Assembly: GCA_964247055.1 (NCBI GenBank)
Contig: OZ176053.1
Location: forward strand, 1,240,001 to 1,304,000
Direction: 5' to 3'
Origin: Paragordius varius
Lineage: Eukaryota > Animalia > Nematomorpha
DNA length: 64,000 nt
In this document: one piece after another, positions 51,387 to 64,000 of the stretch
Layout: each line of letters begins with the position of its first letter
Numbering within the stretch: position 1 is the stretch's first letter
Made by a program: the position numbers and the translations under genes
The notes under the pieces: model-generated
The model's database searches: none
The model's input: only the letters and a program-made list of their open reading frames with translations
What the model was told of the DNA's origin: nothing

Positions 51387-53175
51387 AAGAGTTTTTGCGT
51401 TTTAAAAAGGGTTTTTGCGGTTTTAAGAGTTTTTGCGGTTTTAAAAGAGTTTTTGCGGTTTTAAAAGAGTTTTTTTACGGTTTTAAAAGAGTTTTTGCGG
51501 TTTTAAAACAGATTTAGGGTTTTAAAAGAGTTTTTGCGGTTTTAAAAGAGTTTTTGCGGTTTTAAAAGAGTTTTTGCGGTTTTAAAAGAGTTTTTGCGGT
51601 TAAAAAAGAATTTTTACGGTTTAAAAGGATTTTTACGGTTTAAAAGGATTTTTACGGTTTAAAAAGGGTTTTTCCGATTTTAAAGAAGTTTTTGCAGTTT
51701 TAAAGAAGTTTTTGCGGTTTTAAAGAAGTTTTTGCGGTTTTAAAAGAGTTTTTGCGGTTAAAAAAGAATTTTTACGGTTTAAAAGGATTTTTACGGTTTA
51801 AAAGGATTTTTACGGTTTAAAAGGATTTTTACGGTTTAAAAATGGTTTTTCCGATTTTAAAGAAGTTTTTGCGGTTTTAAAGAAGTTTTTGCGGTTTTAA
51901 AAGAGTTTTTGCGGTTTTAAAAGAGTTTTTGCGGTTTTAAAAGAGTTTTTGCGGTTTTAAAAGAGTTTTTGCGGTTTTAAAAGGATTTTTACGGTTTAAA
52001 AGGATTTTTACGGTTTAAAAGGATTTTTACGGTTTAAAAGGATTTTTACGGTTTAAAAGGATTTTTACGGTTTAAAAAGGGTTTTTCCGATTTTAAAGAA
52101 GTTTTTGCGGTTTTAAAGAAGTTTTTGCAGTTTTAAAGAAGTTTTTGCGGTTTTAAAGAAGTTTTTGCGGTTTAAAAAGAGTTTTTAGGGTTTAAAGTGT
52201 TTTTACTGTTTAAAAGAGTTTTTACTGTTTAAAAAGAGTTTTTACTGTTTAAAAAGAGTTTTTACTGTTTAAAAAGAGTTTTTACTGTTTAAAAGGATTT
52301 TTACGGTTTAAAAGGATTTTTACGGTTTAAAAGGATTTTTACGGTTTAAAAGGATTTTTACGGTTTAAAAAGGGTTTTTCCGATTTTAAAGAAGTTTTTG
52401 CGGTTTTAAAGAGGTTTTTGCGGTTTTAAAAGAGTTTTTGCGGTTTTAAAAGAGTTTTTACTGTTATAAAAAAGTTTTTACGGTTTTAAAACAGTTTTTT
52501 ACGGTTAGAGTTTTTGCGGTTTTAAAAGAGTTACGGTTTAAAAAGAGTTTTTGCGGTTTTAAAACAGTTTTTACGGTTTTAAAAGAATTTTTACGCTTTC
52601 AAAAAAAAGTTTTAAGAGTTCAAAAAGAGTTTTTAGAGTTCAAAAAGAGTTTTTAGAGTTCAAAAAGAGTTTTTAGAGTTCAAAAAGAGTTTTTAGAGTT
52701 CAAAAAGAGTTTTTAGAGTTCAAAAAGAGTTTTTAGAGTTCCAAAAGAGTTTTTAGAGTTTAAAAAGAGTTTTTAGAGTTCAAAAAGAGTTTTTAGAGTT
52801 TTTTTTACGGTTTTAAAAGAGTTTTTTACGGTTTTAAAAGAGTTTTTGCGGTTTTAAAAGAGTTTTTGCGGTTTTAAAAGAGTTTTTGCGGTTTTAAAAC
52901 AGATTTTAGGGTTTTAAAGTTTTTACGGTTTATTAGGGTTTTAAAACAATTTTTACGGTTTTAAAACAGTTTTTACGCTTTCAAAAAAAAATTTTAAGAG
53001 TTCAAAAAGAGTATTTAGAGTTTTTTTACGGTTTTAAAAGAGTTTTTGCGGTTTGAAAAGAGTTTTTGCAGTTTTAAAAGAGTTTTTACGGTTTAAAAAG
53101 AGTTTTTACGGTAATTAAATTTACGGTTTTAAAAGAGTTTTTATAGTTTTACGAGTTTTTACAGTTTTTGAAGAA
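51387..53175 (+). repeat. 19/20-bp satellite array, copy C
   Basis: As in copy B but about 583 bp shorter (offset changes from 24490 to 23907 across the array). Confidence 0.95.
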
Positions 53176-56100
53176 TTTTAGACAGTTAGGAATTTTAGCA
53201 AAAATTTGAGCAGTTTTTTAATAATTGCAATTAAAAATTTTAGAGGTTTTTAGATAATTTTATGCGTTTAAAAAAAATTATCGATTTTTGAATGATCTTA
53301 GAAGTGTTAAAAGATTTTGTGAGGTTTTAATAGAATTTAAGCAGTTTTTAAAAAATTTAACCAGTAATTTTGGCACTTTTTTAGAAAATTTTAGCAGTTT
53401 CTAAATAATTTAAACAGTTTTTAATAGTTTTAAGCGTTTAAAAAAATTTGAAGTTTTAAAAGAATTTAAGAGGTTTTTAAATAATCTTAGAAGCAGTTTA
53501 AAATTTTAATAAATTTTAGACTTTTTAAATAATTTTACAAGTGTTAAAAAAATTTTTTGAGGTTTTAAAAGAATTTAAGCAGTTTTTAAAGAGTTTGAGT
53601 TTTTGGAGAATTTTAGCAGCTTTTTAGATAATTTTAATAGTTTTCAAATAATATTAGCAGTTTTTGATAATTTTAAGCATTTAAAAGAATTTTTGAGGTT
53701 TTAAAAGAATTTTAGAGTTTTTAACTAATCTTAAAAGCAGTTTATATAATTTGTGCGTTTTTAGATATTTTAAGAAGTGTTAAAAAAAATTTTGAGGTTT
53801 TAATCGTCAGCTGATTTTAAAAAATTTTGATAGTTTTTAGAGAGTTATCCTGTTTTTAAAGAATTATAGCAGTTTTTAAAATATTTTTTATATAATATTG
53901 GCCTTTTTAAAGAATATTAAAATTTTTTACCTCTTTTAGAAACTTTCTAATAATTTTACATTTTAAATATAAAAAAACTGCGCTTTTTTTACGAAACATA
54001 CCGCTTTTTAAGTATTCACAATATTAGCCCAATTTAAGAAAACTTTAAGAAATTTTACTCTTTTTAAGTGAGCGCTTTAAAAATTTTAAGAAACATACCG
54101 CTTTTTTAATATATCACAAGAAATATTAGCGCTATAAACCATTAAGAAGTTTTAATGTTTTCTCAATACCGCTTTTTATTATTTTTTATTGAAAAATTTT
54201 AGTAAATTTTTAAGGTTTTTAGAACTTTAAATGCGTGTTTAAATACTATATTTTACAATGTGAAATATTTAGGAATCAAAAAACGAATTTTGCAAATTGG
54301 TGATATTTTAGATATAAAAATTCATCTCATATATTTGAATGTAAACATATTTTATACACACTTATTCCATATTTAGTTAAAAATATTTTATATTTAAACA
54401 ACTAATTAAATAAGTAATAAATTTATTTTATTCAACACGCATGCACCATAATTAAAAAATATAAACAAGTTATTCAAGAACAGGAGACCAACATTGTAGC
54501 AATTATAATTTAATAAATAGACATTTATTTAATTCTTTATTAGAATATCTGCATTGAATTGATAATATTTGCCAGGTTTTTATTAAATTTTAACATGAAG
54601 AAATTATACGAATTAATAATATGTGCTAGCTTTTTATTAAATTTTAACGTAAAAAATTATACGACTCAAACTAAATAGAAACATATGTTAAACTTTTTGT
54701 GTTGATTTCCTTTGACAGAAAAATAAATATTCAAGATCAAGAGAGCCATTAATAATTTGTAACAATATATAATTTAAACATTTATTTAATTTTATTAGTG
54801 CATTAAATTACTAATATTTGCCAGGTGTTTATTAAATTTTAACATAAAGAAAATATACGACAAACTAAATTGTAACATATGTTAAACTTTTTGTGCTGAT
54901 TTCCTTTAACAAAAAAATAAATATTCAAGAACAAGAGGCCTATTCATACTTTCTAGCAATATATAATGTAATAGACATTTATTTGATTCTAATTAGAATA
55001 TTTGCATTGAATTGAAAAATATTTGCTAGCTTTTTATCAAAATTTAACATAAAAATAATTATACGACTCAAACTAAATAGAAACATATGTTGAACTTTTT
55101 GTGTTGATTTCCTTTAAAAATGTAAAATTTAACTAGACGAAAAAGGTTAGAAATACAACATTAAATAAGCCATTTATTCCAAAATATTATTAATTCTAGG
55201 GTTCAAAATTTAGAAGAGATAAAATTATCAGCCAAAAGCAAGAAAAGATCAAAAAAATCTTGCATTAACTTTAAAATCCAATCAATAATAGTGCTTTCTA
55301 CTGTGATTTAAACAGTACCTTAAAGCAATTATAACAATCTATGTTATCATATAGACAAAACATGCAAAACTTACCATTGATTAGGTTAAATTGTTATAGT
55401 TTTGCATTTCGATTGCTCCTCAACATGTAATTCACAAATCATTGTTCATTGTTTACGATATCGGTTTAAGGTAAAACTATAAATTAAAAAATTTTTTTTA
55501 CCTTAAATGGGTAGATATATTATTGGTTATCCTTTGGATTTCCAGGATTTAATAGTGTGTCTTTATTGAACATTTGTTTCGTCTAAATAATTAATTAAAT
55601 TTAATATAATTACCATAATAAAATAATCCATGTTAGCAACAATACATTGTGCATAGTCGGGATAAAAGATATAGGAAGAGAAATTAAATACATTTAATAC
55701 ATAAAATGTAAATTACAAAAAAAAATTTAAATTAATAAATTAAATAATTTTTTCGCCTTTATATAGGGGGGAAAGCACACGTGTGTGTGCTCACCCAATC
55801 AAATTAATGTGCGCATTGCGCATTTTCTCTCCCCTTCTAGAAAAATAGTGCACACGTATTTCCCTCTCTTATTTGTTTACTAATATGTTGCGCAACATAC
55901 CTCCCATGAACGCGCACGTGCTATTTTTACTTCTTATTTAGCATGATGCAATAATATAATGGAAAAAAATAAATAAAATTATAATTAAATAAGTAAGTAA
56001 ATAATTTGAAAATATTTTAAAATCCAAATATATATCTATATTTTAGGTTATGTTTGATTAAATATTCCTAATATTTATTAATGATATATTAGTTAATTAG

Positions 56101-59100
56101 TACTTAATATGTTGAGCTTTAAGATATCATAAAAATAATTTAGAAAAACATAATTATTCCTAATTCTATATATATTTATCTAATCTTTATATTTATAAAT
56201 GTGTGTAAATTTCATTGGTAGTATATGTCATATACGGGATTAATTAAGTTAACCACAATCTAATTAGTTTTATTTGAATTAAATATTATAAAAATTATAT
56301 ATAAATATATATAAAAGTTTGCCTTTTAACCTGCACAAATTATTGTGGATTAATTGAAAATTATATATGATTTATCAGGCTATTATTTTATTTCAATTTG
56401 GTTTTATAAGGATTAAAAACTGTCTAGGGAAACTAGTTATAATAGCACAAAATAAGTTATACATATTAATATTGTTTTAATATTATAAGCCAAAGGTTGA
56501 CATTTTTCTCATTATAAATGATTCAATCAAATATTGTAGCAGCATATAATTTATAAGTTAAATATCTTTTAATACTATATTGAATTTAGTAATCCAATTA
56601 ATCAGATATTTCTCAATTTTATCAATTATTAATTAGGAATATGAAAGTCAAACTAACTCTGAAGTACTATCTAACTTTTTTCTTATGAAAAAGCTGGGTA
56701 GGAAAAATGCAATATTGTTGGGTAGTTTTATTATTAACTCTGGCACGAATTAATATTAATTTCAGTAGTTTTCGCAAACAGCTAATTAATATTCTTATTT
56801 GGATATCTCTTTCAACTAGAGCATTCATTATTATACTTTAAAATTGCAAAACCAACACAAATGTTTTAATTACTTTAATACAGAATAAATTTTAGGGTTT
56901 TCGAGTTTGTGGGCTAGGGTTAGGGTGAGGGATTGGAGTTGGTTCTTTTTCTTAAAGAAGTCCGCAGGACTTCCTCGGGCTGCGAAGCAGGCCGAGACCC
57001 ACGCATTTATTTTTGAAATATTTTTCTCTAAAAAATATATATTTACGAAACTTTATTTTATATTATCAATATGTGAAAAGATATTAATATTGGATAGATA
57101 CTATAATAACTCTCGTCTAAAGTAAATGATACCTAAGTTAAAATTATTTTTTAACTAACAATTATAGATATGTGCTAGTTTCATTAAAGAAGATCAATGG
57201 ATAAAAATATCTTAGCTGTAAATTATCCTATCCTTAACATTTAACAGGCATATTTATTTATTTTTTATCAGTTTTATATATGAATGTTATTCAGTAATAT
57301 ACTAAATTAATTTTTTACTATCTACTTAATGTGTGATTAATGCTCAAAGATAATTATAATACTTATAAATTAGTATTATTCCAAATTAGGCCTTTCTAAC
57401 AATTTCTACATTTATTGTTAAAGTAAAAACTTATTATAACTTAAACATATTGGCATACTTTTATACTTTAAATTTAATAAATGGGCATATTTTAAAGTAA
57501 ACATCAAAAGTTATTAACAATTAAAATTTAAGATAATATCTATGTTAATAGACTATCAATTCAATGCTAATTTTAGATTTAAACAATCTAGTATTTAATT
57601 TATATATAGTGTTTATAACTAATATATCCCAATATTAAAAAATAAAAAGAACTTCGATGATATCGTAGAATTAAATGCAAGTTATAAGTACTTTAAGGTT
57701 TTCGAGTTTGTGGTCTAGGGTTAGGGTGTGGAGTTGGTTCATTTTTTTAAAGAACTTCGCAGGACTTCCTCGGGCTGCGAAGCAGGCTGAGACCCACACT
57801 TTTTGTTAAATTTAAGATTGTTAATAGAAAATTGCGCTGATAGATGAGCATTGGTTATTATTTTAGCGTGGTTATGTAATATGTAATAAATCCTATATTG
57901 ATATTATAAACTCTGATAAATTATATTTTATATTAGAAATTATTGTTAGCTAAATTTCAGTATGTTACAGTTTTTTGTCATTGACTTTATATACCATCGC
58001 ATCTAAAATATATATTTAATAAAAGGATATAGTAAATGACCAATATACCAATTAAACCATTTATGATTTTAAATTGGAAAATACGTATAAATAAAATAAA
58101 GGTATAATAAATTTAAACCCTTATTATATAAGTATATACCGATTAAAATGTAAAAAATATTTATCAATTAATAATATACAATATCCTATATTTATTACCT
58201 TTTATTGTAATCAACCATAAAAATTTATTTTAATTTTCTTAAAACTCCTCTTTGCCAAAAACTAATATTACGATTCTACAATGTTTGATTATTTAACTTA
58301 ATTAAATATATATGAATATACAGGAAATATACAAAAGTACAATAAGATCACCTATAAATTTGATTTTTATATAATTATTGCTCAATAAAATAAATTTAGC
58401 AATATATAAATTGATAAAAAATTTATGAAAGTATAGTTAAAGATTTCGAGGGAGATGGTTGAGGCGTATGTTGAGAGATTAGAAATGGTTCGTTTTCTTA
58501 AGATGTCCGCACATTGCCTTATGGCATGCTTTCTGTCCACAAATTATTTCTAAAAATTTCAATCTTGCTTTTATTTACAAAATCCTAAATATCTGGATTC
58601 CGGATCGAAAACTGCTTTTGTATGCTGGTATTATACAGTCGAAGATATAAAAAAGCAATCAATAACACAAATATATTTTTTTATATATGTGCCTACGATT
58701 TTTGCCAAAAAAATATATATTTTTTTTAAGTATTGGCTTACAAATCAGGTTAAATATACCCAAATTATTAATTACTATGTTAGCCTTGGATTTAATTGTG
58801 CCCTTTATCATAAAGAGGTTATGCTAAATTAATTTTACAAAATTAATAAGGTGATAATATTTAAAATTAGAACACAATATGAAAAAATATACGCATGCTG
58901 AATTTTCCATTTCTACTATATTTGGTTATTTTAAAAATATATACATTTTTAGTTTTAATCAAGAAGCGAAATACTCTAAACTGTTTTTTATTGACATAAT
59001 CAACTATCATACTCACTCACTTTGCCGATAAAACTATGCTTTCGCTTAAATTAATTCAAAAAACATCCATATATTAACTTATTTCGTTTATATCAGGCGA

Positions 59101-59404
59101 AATCCACACATGCATAAATTCAAAAATTTTCTATGCAAGCCACACTTCTTTTTGACAATCACATTTTCTAGCTAAATTTTAAATTACATCTCATTGATCT
59201 ATCAATAATTCCTAAATATTAACGAACGAACATTTATATTTATGAAAAATTCCAATTTGTATAATGATAAGGAAAATAAAAGAAGATTGGTAATCATTAT
59301 TCCTATATTTATAAAATTAAAAAAATAACTTTATGAACATATATAATAACTAATTCGTTTCTTCACAATGTTCAAATTTTTTCATTGCTTGTTTAAATTT
59401 TATT

Positions 59405-60755
59405 ATGAACTTACCGCAAAAGTATACTAATTATAATTTTTTGCTAGTATTAGTCCTGATTGATGTTAAGGATGTCGAAATTTATCCGGACAAAGTGGAA
59501 AAACCCATATTGGGTGAGGAAATGAACCGATCAGCTTATATAACACTTCACAATACTTATCCGATTGATGAATCAAACCAATTAAAGTATTGTTTATTAA
59601 ATATTAACAGTAAAAATCATAAAAACTTATATAAATTACAAAATAACTATGGTTTTGGTGGGAAAACCATATTTTTTGACCAGTTGCGCAATAAGAATTT
59701 TAAATTTAACACACAACCCTCAATTTAACTCTGGTCAATTGTATGTATGTAAAAAAAAATTAAAAAATAAAACGAAAATATTACATTATTACTTTATACT
59801 ATATATATATATATTAGTCGTTATCAATCACTATATCCAAAATTAACGGTGCCAGACTCAGTCTTTTCAGTAGATTCGACTGATTCAAATCCGCTCTTCT
59901 CATCTTTCCATCAAGACAGCAATGAAATTCAAGAAAATATTGATAATCGGGATCTGTCTTTTATATCGACAATTTATCTGGACACCTTCTGGTATATTAT
60001 TATATATGAAGAATATTTTTACTTTACTGTGTAAATATTGGAGTTTTTTGAAATTTTCATTACTGGGGCTTCCCCAGTTAAAAAAGTTAGTCAATTTAGT
60101 TCAAACGAAAAATCGAATTTTGCACATATTAGAAAGATTTTGATGTTTAAAACCAAATTACTTTTTATATATATGCAATAAAAACTGAAATTATACGGAC
60201 AAAATGTAAAAATATAAAGACAAATATTTTTTTCTAAAAGAAACTCATACTTTTTAAATCTTGACTTATTTCAATATAACTCATTGTTTTAATAAGGCAA
60301 AGTGTGAAACATATATATTACTATCACAATCAATTGTATATTTTTTTACAATGGTAAAATAACTTATATGGGAAACATTAAGATTCTAATAAGTATAGTT
60401 GTTTTTAGATAACTATATTTGTCTTTATATTTTACCGTTTTGTCCGTAAAATATTAATTTTCACTGTAATATAAAATTGATCATTTTCATGTAACCAAGT
60501 TTATTTATTAAACTTAATTCGATTGTTCCGAGCTGGTCAGCTTTTTGTAACTGCTCTTTAATTTTATTTTTCCTCTAAAATAGAACAGAAATGATAAGCA
60601 GCCACAATTCTGTGCGTGACATGGAAAACGAATTGAAGATAAACGAAGATGATTCATGGGCCAAATTGCGCATCGTTTTGTACAAAATGTTGGTTGATCT
60701 TATGCTTTACAATGATGTCCTAACCTATTTCCAATCCACATATCATATTTATTAA
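59405..60755 (+). CDS. NUP98: Nup98 autoproteolytic-domain gene, copy C
   Basis: Identical ORFs to copy B at offset 23904. Confidence 0.6.
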
Positions 60756-60822
60756 TTTACGCGTTTATATTTGCAAGAAAATAAATATAATCTTGGGTTG
60801 ATTTGCACAAATGCGGTGTATA

Positions 60823-63800
60823 TTAAGATGAAGAACCATTCAGCTGTGACGTTATTTCTTGACCCTAAATAAGGAAAAAATGTAAATTATTTCCGTAACA
60901 TTGATTATATGAGCGCAAATATACCTGCAAATTTCGATGCTTCAAACTTTGAAATTGGATAGAATTGGTAAGAGACGGTGATTTGGTTCCTCCTTTAAAC
61001 ATGTTCTGAATGCGATACACAAAAGTTTCTAGGACTTTCTTGAGAGGTGGAATGTGTTTGAGCAATGTTGAGTCCTTTTTCGTCTAAATAAAATAGGAAT
61101 TAAATATACTAACCTCACTAGATGTGCTTTAAATAAAATAATATCTCAGAAAATTAATATGACAATGATATTATATATGTTAGGTCTCAACGACGAATTA
61201 ATATCCTAACTTTAGATTTATTATATAACGCTTACTTTACAATGTGTGATGACCATGTGCAAATATCGTGTTATCTCTTGCATTCCCCTTATTATAGCTT
61301 GGATTTGGGACCGTATATCATCAGCCAACTCGCCAGAGTCCTCAAAACACTGAAGAATGTAATGCAATTCCACCATCAACTTAACGTAAAAGTTTTCCAC
61401 AAATTGGCGTCCAGTGCGGAGTGTATGTAATATGTAATGCTTATCGGGAAAGTGTTTACAAATGCGTATGAGTGTGAGAAATAATTTGCACAAAACTGCC
61501 GTTGATTGCAAAAATGTTTGAGGATATTGCAATGTTTGCGCATTCAATTGAGATGACTCCTCTGACCCTGTCTTGAGAAAAGCATTAAGATCATGGTTTG
61601 AAACTTTAGTTTTATGTCCATAGAGATTAACTAGATTCCGTGCCAGACCGATACATTCTTTCAATAGCACGTCAAAATAAACGGGAAAGAAGTGCCTGTT
61701 AACATAAAAAAATTTGTGGTAATTAGCGATATTCAAAAAACAAACTTTCAGGGAACATATATTTTGACAACTCAAAATTTAATATGAAAATATAAATGAT
61801 TACGGAATCATGGATGGATAGATGACAATATCTTGCGAACAAGTTGCATGTTTAATAGTTTGAGAGATATTTTCTTTATTCAACGATTTATTTAACATAT
61901 CTTGCATTTGAATATTGATTAATTCATCAAGCACTTCCAGGGGTTCATTCGTAACAAATTTTAACCTTAATATATTAAAAGCATATCAAAAATATTGAAA
62001 TTTTTTCATGTTTAAAAAACTGACGGGTAAATATAAACTAGTTCATCGCCGAAAGAAATGACCGAATCTGAAGATGCTTTTTCAAAATTCAGCTCAGCCA
62101 CTCACCTTTATATAAAAAATCATATCATAAACACCGGATTTGTGGTGATATAAATATAGATAGAATAAAAAATTACATATATTGTTTGAATAAACTCTCA
62201 GAATAATTAATGCCAAAATATTAAAGGTTAAAAGCGCCAAATCATACAACATAAATTTTTAACGATATTTTAGCTTGTAATCTATGTGCACATTGTTCTG
62301 GTACCCTTTTAAATAGTGTTAAACCAAATAGCCATGGATATATATAAGTACGATAAAATAAGATTTACTTTAAAAGTTTAACCAACGAAGCTTCAAATAT
62401 CGGTTTCGATCCGGTCGGAAAATAAAATTTTACGTAATTTTTTGTTTCAAATTGTTCATTAACTACTTGTTCGGTAGAGTTGATTAATTGGGTAGAATGA
62501 GAATAAGGAATGGCGTCTTCTGTCATTTGGTTTCGCAGCAAATAATTTTGCTGCAAACTCACGTTTATAAGTGTGGAAAATGATTGTGTTGTTAAGTTTG
62601 GGTTTTCCCGATGATCTTTAAAATAACAAATTAATTATGATAAAAAACAACAATATAGACAGTAATTAATATACTACCTACCTGATAGCTCAAACAAATC
62701 ATAGAGAAAAGTGAGCACACATTCAGAAAAAAGGAGAGATTTCGAATTTTGGATCAAATTGCCAAAGAATTTGTATGTCACTTCTCGCCTGAATATATAT
62801 ATATATATATAGTAAAAACTTATACCAAAACGTAAAAATATAAAGACAAATATTTTTTTTCAAAAAAAACAACCATATACTTTTAAAACCATATTTATTT
62901 ACAATCCTAAACTACATTATTGATTGTGCTACCAATTTAGATTTCCATCTTATATATTTTGCAGTTTAGAACAATCATTTATATTTAATAAAATTAAGAT
63001 TAAAAAATTATGGTTGTCTTTATATTTTTACGTTTTGTCCGTATAATATCAATTTTTACTGTATATATGCACATACTTGTTCATAGAGATATCGAGTTGA
63101 GATTTATCAATACTTTTAATGCCATTCCATAAACTTTCCAATATTGATGTGTTTTCTTCAGTTAACGATAAGTGCTTGTTGATAAGTGCCATACATTTCA
63201 CAATGTTGAGATTAATGTTGTAAGTAATGATAGATTCTTCCTAAAAATTATTAAAATATTAAGATAACTTCTTGCAAAGACCCTTCAGCAAAATTAAAAT
63301 TTATAAAATAAATGGAAAATTTTTATTTTTAGTATTAGTTTTGGCTTGCAAATTAAAAAACAACTGTTTTGCAAAAAAAATTATTTTTTATAAAAGATTA
63401 TATAATTGGAAAAGCGAAATTCACTAATATATATTCCATTGTTGTAATATTAAAAATAAATCCAAATTTAAATGTTAAATAACAACTTTGTTATCCATTA
63501 TTAAAAAATTCGTTTTTGATACTCAGAATTATATAATCATGGAAACCTCTGTCATTTCCGCGCCCATAGATTTCTGCAATCGCCCAATAAAATTGGCGCA
63601 AACATTCTCCTCTGACCATTGACTTAATAGGGTTTTGCATTTTGATTGGTGGGATTCTTTGGATGAGTTTTGTATTAATTTGAGTTTTTTCTGTTCCTGA
63701 CTAAGGAAAAGATTTCCCTTTGTGGCATCTTTGGGCAATGTCATTTCCAACATATGGAGATATTCATTCAAGAGATAATCGAAATGCTTACAATCCAAGT

Positions 63801-64000
63801 CCTAACATAAATTTATATTAAACTAAAACTTTAAAAGAGTTAAATAAATAAAATATCAATCGTACCAGATCTGTTGAAAATAGTTCCTTAAACACAAAAA
63901 TTTCGAAAGGGCGACTTAGTTTTCGCAAACTTTTTCGAAGTTGTTCTTTGGCAAGATTATGATTTGAGCCCTTTTTATCCAGAGAACTATCATTGTTTAT
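60823..64000 (-). CDS. FANCD2: FANCD2 homolog, copy C, 3' exons only (cut by window end)
   Basis: Same as copy B at offset 23904. Confidence 0.85.

Larger units (their letters stand above)
48023..64000. repeat. ~24-kb tandem unit, copy C (truncated by window end)
   Basis: Offset from B is 24490 before the 20-bp array and 23904 from the genic part onward (33003->56907, 39625->63529); otherwise nearly identical to B. Confidence 0.97.

Noticed and set aside
1-64000. rDNA repeat
   Set aside because: The layout is similar, but no conserved SSU, LSU, 5.8S or 5S motifs were found on either strand.

Overview
Very AT-rich eukaryotic nuclear DNA (standard genetic code, GT-AG introns, several only 17-60 nt). 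The whole window is about 2.6 head-to-tail copies of one ~24-kb unit: A 1-23532, B 23533-48022, C 48023-64000 (truncated); the breakpoints are set by the window start. Each unit has a ~10-kb non-coding spacer and a ~13-kb genic part. The spacer holds alternating-polarity 17-bp and 19/20-bp satellite arrays with conserved junction modules, a ~200-260-bp triplication and a palindrome-rich island. It is bracketed by inverted ~120-bp elements carrying TTAGGG-like repeats and two GNA-triloop hairpins. The genic part holds a + strand gene with a Nup98/Nup145 autoproteolytic-domain exon, a convergent multi-exon FANCD2 homolog on the - strand, three Tc1/mariner-type MITEs, and a GC-rich island with two 17-nt intron-like inserts. 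That island is followed by a 206-nt G.U-rich hairpin and duplicated G-tracts. No rRNA, tRNA, CRISPR array or intact transposase was recognised. Protein assignments come from recalled family motifs compared by eye, not from database searches.
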